Source of the DNA: Octopus sinensis
Taxonomy: Eukaryota
Direction of reading: 5' to 3'
Length of the DNA stretch: 64,000 bases
NCBI RefSeq assembly: GCF_006345805.1
Contig: NC_043007.1
Span: 74,586,001-74,650,000 of the forward strand
Below the pieces are notes generated by a model, which was not told the origin of the DNA, did not search any database, and saw nothing but the letters and a program-made list of their open reading frames with translations. A program made the position numbers and the translations under genes. This document shows positions 39,026 through 50,504 of the stretch, in pieces (within the stretch, counting starts at the first letter, position 1; each line of letters begins with the position of its first letter).

Positions 39026-39749
39026 AACAACAACAACAACAACATCAAAAACATCAACAGCAAAGATAACAAGATAATCAGGCCTCCATAGCCTTCGTTA
39101 AACAGACCCTTTCTAACATCCTGTGATGTGAGTGCTCACCATCACCCTGCCAAGACTATCCCATTCGAGGCAAGCCATAAAATAATACAGGCACTGGCAC
39201 AACTGTATTGAAGTAAAAAGGAAAATAATCTCTGAAAGAATTGAAACGTAGATAAAAAATGGAACTCAGACAATTTTTCAGGGGAGAAAACTTGAGTTCA
39301 ACTTATGTTACCTCCCTTGATGTTAACGGCCTGTCATTCATGTCACTATCTTAACCATTAATTTGTTTTTATAGGTAAATCAATAATCAGAAAGTTCATT
39401 GAGTACTAAATACTGGCCGTATATAATTGGTAATTATTTTACCAATAGGAAAAATGAAGGCTCAATTCGGTGCTGACAGAACTTGTAGACAGAAACCGAA
39501 TAGGGAAAGGAAGTTATTCTTAATTCCGGGTTTATTTTACTCTAATTGTTGTACTCTGCTGGAAAAGGATTGGGCAATTCTCCGGTTTACCGTTAAATAG
39601 TTTATTTTTATTTATTTATTTAAAAAAAATTTAAGTTCACAAAATGTATAGATTGCTATTATACAGTCATATACACTCAGATATACAAATTCACACATAC
39701 ATGCACACACATATGTATATATGCACATATAAAAAACAATATATATATA

Positions 39750-39980
39750 CACTTTTTACTTGTTTCAGTCATTTGACTGTGGCCATGCTGGAGCACTGCC
39801 TTTAGTCAAGCAAATCGACCCCAGGACTTATTCTTTGTACTTATTCTATCGGTCTCTTTTGCCAAACAGCTAAGTTACGGGGGACGTAAACCCACCAGCA
39901 CCGGTTGTCAAGCGATGTTGTGGGAACAAACACAGACACACAAACACACACAGACACATACACATACACACAGACACACA

Positions 39981-40036
<56 letters not shown>

Positions 40037-40170
40037 TGTATACGACGGGTTTCTTTCAGTTTCCATCTACCAAATCCACTTACAAGTCTTTGGTCGGCCC
40101 GAGGCTATATTAGAAGACACTTGCCTAAGGTGCCACGCAGTGGGACTGAACCCAGATTCATGTGGTTTGT
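39750..40170 (-). mobile_element. SINE family B
   Basis: Tail TTACTTGTTTCAGTC, (CA)n middle, head truncated at (TA)n. Confidence 0.85.
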
Positions 40171-40243
40171 AAATATATATATATATATATGAAAAAACAA
40201 GTCAAAAATAGAAAATGCTAAGATGATTTTATAGTGAATCTTT

Positions 40244-40281
40244 CAGTACCGGTTTCGGTCATTTTGAGACCTTTTCAACTG
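40244..40281 (-). ncRNA. Minimal type-I hammerhead ribozyme, U3-A8 variant, sense in the PLE 3' end
   Basis: CAG-TTGAAAA-GGTC(TCAAAAT)GACC-GAAA-CCGG-TA-CTG. Confidence 0.75.
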
Positions 40282-40624
40282 TAACGATTATATAATTAAA
40301 TTTAGAAAAATTAGAAGAAAAGTTTTTTTAAAAGAATATTTCTGTAGTAGTGTTCAGATATAAGTAGCATTCTGCCTTTCTCTGACTCCCTTGTTTGCAC
40401 TTGTGTGTTCGAGGTCGTTTTGAGTTCTTGGTAGGATAGGTGAAGAATAATGAGGCTGATGTGGAGAGGGGGTGGGGGAATCTGGGAATGCCTTAATGGT
40501 CGTATTTTGAATGGTCAGTGGCTGACAGTAGTCGCAGTTCAATTCAGGAATTGCTTATGGAATTTGCGTAGGCGTTATACTGAAAAACATTAGTGACAAG
40601 GTTAAGGGGTGGAAGGTGGAGAAG

Positions 40625-40795
40625 TAGAAGAAGAAGAAGATGACGATGTTGATGATGATGATGATGATGATGATGAAGAAGAAGAAGAAGGAGAAGGAGA
40701 AGATGGTGGTGATGATGGTGGTGATGATGATGACGACGATGATGATGATAATGATGATGATGAAGAAGAAGAGGAAGAAGAAGAAGAAGAAAAAA
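40625..40795. repeat. Compound (GAA)/(GAT)/(GGT) microsatellite in the PLE 3' region
   Basis: Direct inspection. Confidence 0.85.
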
Positions 40796-43189
40796 ACAGA
40801 GAAGGGAGAATATGATTGGGTGTAAGTATAGCTGTGATGGGGCTGATTAGTAATGGATTCTATGGAGTGTAATATTTGTGTGTGTATATATTTCTTTTAT
40901 TCTAAAGTTGAGGTATATTAATTGTTTGTCGTAGACCCGTTAAGAAGTGGCTTGTATTTTGTAATAAAGAGATTTTCTTTACTTATTCGTTGTCTCGAGG
41001 TTGTATCGTCCCTAAATTGGTAGGGGGGGAAAATTCTGAAGTTTGGTGTTTTTTTGTTGGCGCAAGTATCTATGTGTTGGCTAAAAGCTATTTTTCTGTT
41101 TTGGGGAATTTTTATCTGGGATCTGTGCAGGGCCATTCGTTTACGCAAACCATTTTTTGTTTGGCCTATGTACTGCTCTTGACACCCGGAGCAGGTTAGT
41201 GAGTATATTAGGTTCTCCGAAGCACATGTGAAGTTGCTTTTCACTGTAAACCGTTGTCCCTGTTTGAAGGAGAACTCTGATCCCTCAATTAGATAGTCGC
41301 ATATCCCGCAATTGGGTCTACCACATTTTTTTACTGTCGGCTTCTGTGTTGAAGAGTGAATTCGGGCTTGTGTAAGGAGACTTTTCATGGATCTAGGCTG
41401 TCTTTTGCTTTTATGATCGTGTGTGTTTGGAGGATTGTGTTCATTCTGTGGTCTTTTTTTAGGAGGGGTATGTTGTGGAGGATGGTGTCGAAGGCTTCGT
41501 TATTGAGAGGGTTGTGTGTGGAGATGTATGGTAAGGCTTTTGGTTGTAAGTTTTTCTTTGATTTGGGATGTCTCAGTTCCTTGATGTTAAGTTGAATGCA
41601 CTTGTCAATAAGTGAAGGTGGATAGTTCCTGGTGATAAGGGTATCTTTTAGTTCTTGTAGTCGTGTGTCTCTGGTGTTTGCGTTAGAGACTATAGTGCAT
41701 ATCCTTTTTGCTAGATTGAAGGAGATATTCATCCTGGTGTGTCTGGGGTGGCATGAATGAATGGAAGATATTGCTTAGAGTCTGTAGGCTTATAGTATAT
41801 GTCTGTTTCTATTATATTATTAGCTTTCTTAATGAGGATATCGAGGAAGGGGAGTTGTTGTTGGCTATATTCCATCGTGAATTGGATGTTTACGTCCAGT
41901 CCGTTTAAAATTTTCTGGAATTCTATGAGTTTTTCTATATTTTTATGCCAAAGGATGAAACAGTCATCTAGATATCTCTTCCAGTTGTTTTCTATGTAGA
42001 TGGAGAAAGGGCTGCCATATCTTTCTAGAACCTTACGATACAGACTGATCTCTAGGTATCCTATGACTAGGTTGGCAAAGGAGGGGGCCATTCGTGTACC
42101 CATCGCAGTCCCCGATTTTTGTCGGTAGAAGTTGTCATTGAAGGCGAAGAAGTTATTTTCCAGGATGAATTTAACCCCTTCCATCACAAATTCTTTTTTG
42201 ATGCGGTGTGGTAGTTCGTTGGCGTGATTCTCTAGCCAGAATTGGATTGCCTCTAGTCCTAGGTTGTGGGGGATATTGGAGTAGAGGTTGACTACATCGA
42301 AGGATACCAGTATGGTGTTTTTGTTTATAGTATTCGGTAGGTGATTGAGCATATCTAAGTCGTCCCTTATATAGCTTTTGACATGCTTGAGGAGTGGTTT
42401 TAACAGGGTGTCTAAAAAGTTACTGAGGCGGTGGGTTTCGCATGCGGGACCTGCTATTATGGGTCTCAATTTGAGGTCATTAGGATTAGGGACTTTAATT
42501 ATTTTGTCTGTAGCTATCTTGCATGCGTTGCTTATTTTTTCACTTTTGTGGATCTTAGGTATACCGTAGAATTGGCTAGTTTTACTTGTGAAATTGGTCA
42601 TATAATCATATTCTTTTTCGGTGAGCCCTGCTTTGTATGGGTTTAATATGGATTTTAGTTCCCTCATTATTTTTTGTTGACTGTAGTTTTGTGCTTTTCA
42701 TAGTATGTTGTGTCTTCCAGCATAGAAAGTACCAAAGTTATGTAAAATATCGTATCCATTAAGACAACAGCACTCCCTTTATCGGCCTCTTTGATTGTTA
42801 TTGTTTTATCTTGTTTTAATTTGTTCAACTCAGCCCATTCTTTTTTGCTGAAGTTTGGTTTGTGTTTTTGTTTGTGCATATGTTGATATGGGTAATTAGA
42901 TATGTGGTCACAGAAATCATCAAGTGTTTTGTTCTTACCTTTCGAGGGGGTGTAGTTACTCATATTTCTGGCTAACGATTCGTCCTCGTTGTATTTATCG
43001 TATAGCTCCTCAGTAAGTCTTAATTTTCTGCAGAATTCTGCGATGTCTTCTTTCATTTCGTTGTAGTTGGGGTGTTGTGGGGTGGGTATAAACTTGAGTC
43101 CTTTGGAAAGTATGTTAATTTGGTTTGCTGTTAGTTCCTTGTGAGTTAGATTGATAATTTTATTACTTTTGATTCCTCCTGCTTGTTTG

Positions 43190-43232
<43 letters not shown>

Positions 43233-43240
43233 TATATATA

Positions 43241-44780
43241 TTATATAAAAGGGCTTAGTAAAATAAATTACTTTGCCGCATACTGAACTCATTAGAAATA
43301 GCAGCCAAAAAACTTTTTTAAAGCTATTTCTAATACTTAAAGAAAATCTCTCTCATATAGTGTTTGCTAATTCAACTCACACAAGTTTGGGGGTAAGGAC
43401 ATCGAAAAATCAAATGCTAAGTTATTCGAGAACGTACGTTTCAAGATTAGTCAAAACAACATTTCTATCATCGGCTCAAAATTCCTTGGTTTGGATTTGG
43501 AAACACTGAAAATAAGAACATACCCTTTCGAGATCTGCTTCCAACTAACAGTGCCAACAAATTCAAATAAGCAAGCGAAGAGTTCTGTTCTCCCCTTTCC
43601 ACCAGCGTGGGTTAAAATCATCAAACACTATGCTTATTTCGGTAAAATCCGAAGCATTATTAGAGGGAGATTAATTATAATTTCAACAATTGAGGGCAAA
43701 TTAATTAATCATTAATCAATTTCACCAAGTGTTCAGTATGCAAAGGGAACCATTCAAGGCGAATTCAATTATTACATTATATAAAAGGGCTTAGTAAAAT
43801 AAATTACTTTGCCGCATACTGAACTCATTAGAAATAGCAGCCAAAAAACTTTTTTAAAGCTATTTCTAATACTTAAAGAAATCTCTCTCATATATAGTGT
43901 TGCTTAATTCAACTCACAAAAGTTTGGGGGTAAGGACATCGAAAAATCAAATGCTCAAGGTTATTCGAGAACGTACGTTTCAAGATTAGTCAAAACAACA
44001 TTTCTATCATCGGCTCAGAAATTCCTTGGTTTGGATTTGGAAACACTGAAAATAAGAACATACCCTTTCGAAGATCTGCTTCCAACTAACAGTGCCAACA
44101 AATTCAAATAAGCAAGCGAAGAGTCTCTGTTCTCCCCTTTCCACCAGCGGGGTTAAAATCATCAAACACTATGCTTATTTCGGTAAAATCCGAAGCATTA
44201 ATTGATTAATGATTAATTATTTGCCCCCAATTGTTGAAATTATAATTAATCTCCCTCTAATTAATGCTTCGGATTTTACCGAAATAAGCATAGTGTTTGA
44301 TTGATTTTAACCCACGCTGGTGGAAAGGGGAGAACAGAGACTCTTCGCTTGCTTATTTGAATTTGTTGGCACTGTTAGTTGGAAGCAGATCTTCGAAAGG
44401 GTATGTTCTTATTTCAGTGTTTTCCAAATCCAAACCAAGGAATTTCTGAGCCGATGATAGAAATGTTGTTTTGACTAATCTTGAAACGTACGTTCTCGAA
44501 TACCTTAGCATTTGATTTTTCGATGTCCTTACCCCAACTTTTGTGAGTTGAATTAAGCAAACACTATATATGAGAGAGATTTTCTTTAAGTATTAGAAAT
44601 AGCTTTAAAAAGTTTTTTGGCTGCTATTTCTAATGAGTTCAGTATGCGGCAAAGTAATTTATTTTACTAAGCCCTTTTATATAATGTAATAATTTGAATT
44701 CGCCTTGAATGGTCCCTTGCATACTGAACACTTGGTGAAATTGATTAATGATTAATAATTTTGCCCTCAATTGTTGAAAT
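43241..44780. repeat. ~535-bp unit: two direct copies plus one inverted copy (large palindrome)
   Basis: 43241-43775, 43777-44200 (truncated) and inverted 44205-44780; copies differ mainly by 1-2-nt indels. Confidence 0.9.
44448..44497 (+). ncRNA. Hammerhead-like motif (U4C core) in the 535-bp unit; minus-strand copies at 43428-43477 and 43967-44016
   Basis: GAG-CCGATGA-T-AGA(17 nt)TCT-T-GAAA-CGTACG-TT-CTC. Confidence 0.45.
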
Positions 44781-44830
44781 TATATATATATATATATATA
44801 TATGTATGTTTGTATGCATGTATGTATGTA

Positions 44831-44861
<31 letters not shown>

Positions 44862-44904
44862 ATGTATGTATGTATGTATGTATGTATGTATGTATGTATG
44901 TATA

Positions 44905-45420
44905 TAGGATTGGCTGTGTGGTAAGCAGCTTGCTTACAAACCACATGAATCCGGGTTCAGTCCCACTGCGTGGCACCTTAGGCAAGTGTCTTCTACTATA
45001 GCCTCGGGCCGACCAAAGCCTTATGAGTGGATTTCGTAGACAGAAACTGAAAGAAGCCCGTCGTATATATGTATGTGTGTGGTTGTGTGTGTGTGTATGT
45101 GTGTGTGGTGTGTGTGTGTGTGTGTTTGTGTGTCTGTGTTTGTCCCCACAACATCGCTTGACAACCGGTGCTGGTGTGTTTACGTCCCCATAACTTAGAG
45201 GTTTTATTGTTTCAGTCATTTCACTGCGGCCATGCTGGAGCACCACTTTTAGCCGAACAAATCGCCCCTAGAACTTATTCTTTTGTAAGCCTATTATTTA
45301 TTCTATCGGTCTCTTTTGCCGATGTTGGCGTTTTCACGGGACGTAAACACGTCAACATCGGTTGTCAAACGATGGTGGGGGGAACAAACACAGACACATA
45401 AACACACACGTATATACACA

Positions 45421-45483
<63 letters not shown>

Positions 45484-46015
45484 TATACTACGGGCTTCTT
45501 TCAGTTTCCGTCTACCAAATCTATTCACAAGATTTTGATCGACCCAAAGTGCCACGTAGTGGGACTGAACCCAGAACTATGTGGTTGGGAAGCAAGCTTC
45601 TTACCACGCAGCCACTCCTATTCACTGTATCTTTAATCTTTCACTTGTTTTAGTCGTTTGACTGCGGCCGTACTGGGGTACCACCTTAAGGGTGTCAGTC
45701 GAACAGCTTGACTCTAGGAATTATTTTTAAGCCTAGTGCTCATTCTATCGGTCTCTTTTGCCGAATCACTATTTTACGGGGACGTAAACACTCCAACACC
45801 AGTTGTCAAGGGAGACAAACACAGATACAGAAACATAGATATATACATATACACGACGGGCATCTTTCAGTTTCCGTCTAACAAGTCCACTCACAAGGCT
45901 TTGGTCGACTTTGTAACTGGATTTGATAGGTATAATAAATATTTATAAGACACTAGCCCAAAGTGCCACTCAGTGGGACTGAACCCAGAACCATGTCATT
46001 GGGAAGCAAGCTTCT
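44905..46015. mobile_element. Cluster of three SINE B copies (one +, two -)
   Basis: Head at ~44905 (+); inverted copies ~45205-45620 and ~45630-46015. Confidence 0.8.
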
Positions 46016-46470
46016 TATTTCTTTATTGCCCACAAGGGGCTAAACATAGAGAGGACAAAAAAGGACAGACAAAGAGATTAAGTCGATTAGATCGACCCCA
46101 GTGCGTAACTGGTACTTAATTTAATCGACCCCGAAAGGATGAAAGGCAAAGTCGACCTCAATGGAATTGGAACTCGGAACGTAACGGTGGACGAAATACC
46201 TATTTCTTTACTACCCACAAGGGACTAAATACAGAGGAGACAAAGACAGAGAGACGGATTAAGTCGATTATATTGACCCCAGTGCGTAACTGATACTTAA
46301 TTTAATCGATCCCGAAAGGATGAAAGGCAAAGTTGACCTCGGCGGAATTTGAACTTTACAACCCACAAGGGGCTAAACACAGAGAAGACAAACAAGGACA
46401 GACAAACGGATTAAGTCTATTATATCGACCCAGGTGCGTAACTGGTACTTAATTTATCGACCCCGACAAA
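46015..46470 (-). mobile_element. SINE family A multimer
   Basis: Three inverted units (CCACAAGGGG.CTAAACA...ATCGACCCCG). Confidence 0.85.
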
Positions 46471-46933
46471 TGAAAATAGCAAATATAATTCCTTCAAGGA
46501 TTATTGGTCTGTATAAAGAAGTTACAAATTGGATTGTTGCTTCTGTTCTTGTAAAAATAAAGATTAAGGTGCTAGATCTACGTTCAGGTAATTCACCATT
46601 TTTTTTACTTACAATACCAAAATAATTTTACGTAGTCTTGGTTTTCCATACATTCTATGAATAAAGAGAAAAGTTTGTATGTAAAGTTTAAATCGTTGGT
46701 GCAACTATAATGCTCTGGTGATTTGATGAGCTAGCTTTCTTTATTTGCATTGATTTGCGACTATACAGTTGTACTGAATAATGCATAACATGCATAATAA
46801 CGCAGACATGCAAACAATTTACTATGCACTGAAATTATTATTACACAAAGAAGGCTGCGAAACTACCGTAACTCTAAGCGTGCCAAATGATTAAATAAAT
46901 ATATTCACTTCTCATACCTCCTGGCTTCTTATG

Positions 46934-47018
<85 letters not shown>

Positions 47019-47029
47019 ATATATATATG

Positions 47030-48230
47030 TAAGCAAACCTACCAATCATTGCCCAAAGTAATGAATTAAAAGACATAATCACGGATCGAGCTATGGTGCT
47101 TAGTAAAAGACAGCCTAAAAACTTGAAAACATTACTAACAAAGGCAAAATTTGACCTCAGCAACAAAGACCAAACATTCACGGTATCTAAATGCAATGAT
47201 AGCCGATGTGGCACATGCCAATTCATAACATACCGGTCAATATATAAACACAAAAACCGGGAAAATATTCACAAACGCGAATATGAACTGCAAAAGCAGA
47301 AATTTAATTTACTGCATCAAATGCCCAAATGGTGAAGAAATATATGTAGGGCAGACGGGAACGCACTATTAGAACGCTCACGTGTACACCGGCAACAGAT
47401 TAGAGACCTAGAGGTCCGTCAGATACCTTTGAGTAACCACCTAGCAACATGTGGCCGGAAAATGTATATAATATTTCCGTTCTACAAATTACACAGCCCA
47501 AGTGAATCGATCGAGAGGAGAATCAGAGAAAAGAATTTTATTGATAAATTCGAACCCAAGCTAAATAAGCAATAATAATAATACTTAGAGGTATTACTTC
47601 CACTGCTACGACCATGACCACTAACAACAACAACAATACTAAAGGTGATCAAGATGAAGATAGCAGGAAAATTATCTTATTTAGGGTTAAAAGTTCTATT
47701 GCCACCACCATCACCACTAGCAACAATAATTAAGGTGCTGACAATGATGATGATGACAATTGAAATATAAAAATATAAAAATCTCTGACAAAGGATATTT
47801 ACAACATTTCTAAAAATAACCCAACAATTGCTGCTTCGGCCAGGGTCAAGATACATGACTCTTGACATGTCCAACAAAGCGTGATGCCTAAACCAATCAG
47901 CTCAACCAACCAACCAATCAGCTTAAGTAATTGAGTGATACTACACACTGATTGGTCAGAATACAGTTTGCAAAACGTAGCACTCTGGAGCCTACCCAGC
48001 TGTATTTATAGCACAGAATCAATCATCTTGCTATAGTCAAAAATTGTGAAGCATGACTGTCAACACTACTACATGAACCCGAAGATTGATGCAGAATTCA
48101 TGCATGAAAGTACTAGTTCAATCAGAATGAACATTTAACATTCTACTATTTCATTTTATTTTATTCAATTATAATATATTATCTTATAATATATCATTAT
48201 AAGATTGTAAATAAAACGTGAAAATCAGAC
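47030..48230 (+). mobile_element. 5'-truncated Penelope-like element (GIY-YIG + 3' region), second family
   Basis: KRQPKNLKTLL, KCNDSRCGTC, NLIYCIKCP...YVGQTG, REKNFIDKFEPKLN (frameshifted); flanked by (TA)n. Confidence 0.8.
48074..48120 (+). ncRNA. Hammerhead-like motif (U4C core) at the PLE 3' end
   Basis: TGAAC-CCGAAGA-TTG-ATGCA(GAATTCA)TGCAT-GAAA-GTAC-TA-GTTCA. Confidence 0.5.
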
Positions 48231-48249
48231 AAGGTTGGAATTCTTTTTA

Positions 48250-48295
<46 letters not shown>

Positions 48296-48303
<8 letters not shown>

Positions 48304-48428
48304 GAAGTAAATATATGGCACAACGAAGTACCGATATTTACTGGGGAAAATAGCGAACGTAATAATACGTCGCTAACGTATAGCTTCACCGTGTACTTCG
48401 TTGTGCCATATATTTACTTCTATGTATA
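48296..48428. repeat. ~36-bp perfect inverted repeat, ~61-bp spacer, within (TA)n
   Basis: TACATAGAAGTAAATATATGGCACAACGAAGTAC / reverse complement. Confidence 0.85.
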
Positions 48429-48488
48429 ATTTTCCCTCACGGGCTATTCTTTACTGGAAAGCAATACTCTCGTATTGCCTTACTATTT

Positions 48489-48586
<98 letters not shown>

Positions 48587-48734
48587 TAATAAGAGTAAAT
48601 AATAGCTTTATGGTTTTTTAAAAAACCAACAATTATTTACTGGTAGATTTCGGCATGTAAATATAACCATTAACGGTAGGAACTTCTGTGAAAGTTCAAT
48701 ATATATTTTGTATATAATAAAAAATATTAAAAAA

Positions 48735-48873
48735 AAGGCAGGCAACAGGTTGCTAAGCCACATACCGAAAAAATTAGAAATAGCAGTCAAAGACTGTTGT
48801 TTTTGAAAATAGAAAATAGAAATAAACAATCTTTGACTGCTATTCTAATTTTTTCGCAACCTGTTACCTGCCT

Positions 48874-48880
<7 letters not shown>
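48735..48880. repeat. Imperfect fold-back next to (TA)n
   Basis: AAGGCAGGCAACAGGTTGC...GAAAAAATTAGAAATAGCAGTCAAAGA and its inverse. Confidence 0.7.
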
Positions 48881-48966
<86 letters not shown>

Positions 48967-48983
48967 GAGATGCAGCACGGATT

Positions 48984-49033
48984 TTTGTCAGTGAAGAGGT
49001 CGCGGATTTTAGCGACGAAAATATTTTGACGAA
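48984..49033 (+). ncRNA. Hammerhead-like motif with G3 core
   Basis: TTTGTCA-GTGAAGA-G-GTCGC(GGATTTTA)GCGAC-GAAA-ATAT-TT-TGACGAA. Confidence 0.55.
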
Positions 49034-49164
49034 TTAAACTTAATGTTGAAGTGAATCGAACGGTTTTCTTAAATGCTTACAAACACCTTCCACTCTGCAA
49101 TTGTTTGTTTCAGCACCCGATCTCAGATCAAATCACTTGCTATGCGAGTACATCTCCGTAATAT

Positions 49165-49195
<31 letters not shown>

Positions 49196-49209
49196 GATGA
49201 TATAATTGA

Positions 49210-49410
49210 ATTAACGTTTCTAATTTTGGCACAAGACCGGCAATTCTGAGGACAGGGAGAAGCCAGTTAGTGCTCATCTTCGACTGCTGCTTCATTTTAT
49301 CGACCCCAAAAGGATGAAAGGTAAGGTCGACCATGACCAAATTTGAGCCGGAAAAAATGCCGCTAAGTATTTGATCCGAGTGCTAACGATTCCTCTTGCT
49401 CGTCGCCTTA
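49210..49410 (-). mobile_element. Old SINE family A copy
   Basis: ATCGACCCCAAAAGGATGAAAGG core and TGCTAACGATTC head. Confidence 0.65.
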
Positions 49411-49734
49411 TCATTATTAGATTGGTGAACTGGCAGAATGATTTAAATCTATAAATGAAATACAACGAACACAAAAATAATGCTTCAGTTGTTTTTATAA
49501 GCTGAAGCATTTGTTACAGCTTTTAATTGTTTTTTTTTTTTTTAATATTAGCAATAATTGACAACCATTTATTCTACGGACGTTCATGTTAGAAACATCC
49601 ACCCTTAAACTTGTATCTTTCTATATTTTCCCTTCCTTGATAGATTCATCAACCTTTGAAGTGTAGAAAATGTCAGCGATATAGACCCCGGAAAACAATC
49701 TCAATAAGTACTAAAGGTATAGCTCTTCGAATAG

Positions 49735-50220
49735 CTAAAATTTGAGTTTCCTGACGGGTGTTTCTTCCGCTTTAGAATCTTTCACAGAATCTTTTCGGTT
49801 ATTTATTGCCTTTTCCTGTTTTAAAAAATGCACAACTTTCGAATCAAGCACATTCATTTTTGATACCTTTATCTGTTTTGCGATTGTCTTCGCATTTAGA
49901 AGGCGATCAGTAAAGTCTCGGTAATATATGTCAACCCGCGGGTCCGTTTCATGCAGTCTGGGATTTTTACTCTTCTTTTTAGCATATTCATGAGCACAAC
50001 CTCGAATAAAATGTCGGAAGTTATTAATAAGGAAATAGGGTTTATTTCTCTCTTTATATAATGGGAATATACAAGCATCTGCGATTTTTACAACGCCTTT
50101 CGGTAGACACTCTTTCACCATTTTTTCACATGTTTTAGAATTCATTCGCGTTTCTTCTTCAAAGTCCCTTGCACCTGCAAGTTTAGCGAACGCTTGAAAA
50201 ACGTCATCCAAATTCGCCAT
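49735..50220 (-). CDS. TPPP: TPPP/p25-alpha paralog with eroded C-terminus (161 aa from MANLDD)
   Basis: First ~115 aa colinear with the 61043-61579 protein; AAAATG context matches the paralog, so the track's 50391 start (TTG) is probably not used. Confidence 0.8.
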   Translation of the reverse strand: MANLDDVFQAFAKLAGARDFEEETRMNSKTCEKMVKECLPKGVVKIADACIFPLYKERNKPYFLINNFRHFIRGCAHEYAKKKSKNPRLHETDPRVDIYYRDFTDRLLNAKTIAKQIKVSKMNVLDSKVVHFLKQEKAINNRKDSVKDSKAEETPVRKLKF

Positions 50221-50261
50221 TTTGAGGGCTTCGGATGTAAAGTTACGAAAGTTAAGGTGGT

Positions 50262-50432
50262 CTGTATCGTTACGCTGATTCTTGTTTTTGTTCTGCAATT
50301 GAGAACGATGCTTGTCTTTTAAAACAAGCGAATGGCTTCTATTGATGACGTATGCATCACGATTCATGCCTGACCAATATTTTTCAAGCAAATTTTCGTT
50401 TTCATCATAAAAAATGTCTCGATGTCATAATA
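50262..50432 (-). promoter_or_regulatory. Conserved upstream region of TPPP copy 1 with CRE-like TGACGTA
   Basis: TATCGTTACGCTGA, TTCTATTGATGACGTA, TTCATCATAAAA and ATGTCATAAT blocks shared with 61620-61762. Confidence 0.5.
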
Positions 50433-50504
50433 TAAATAAACTCCATTTCAAAATGAATAAATGAAATAAAATTAAACTAAAATTAATTATACAATTACTC
50501 TCTC

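Larger units (their letters stand above)
40190..43175 (-). mobile_element. Penelope-like element, near full length: RT + GIY-YIG endonuclease, split by ~3 frameshifts
   Basis: INLT...LSKGLKF.PTP N-terminus; FYGIPKIHK, LRPII, SFDVVNLY, GTAMGT.MAP, WKRYLDD, LPFLD; C..C linker and LIYSLTC...YIGQT; both ends at (TA)n. Confidence 0.92.

Noticed and set aside
50221-50391. 57-aa N-terminal extension of TPPP copy 1 in the ORF track
   Set aside because: Starts at TTG, and the region is homologous to the non-coding upstream region of copy 2; the ATG at 50220 matches the paralog start.
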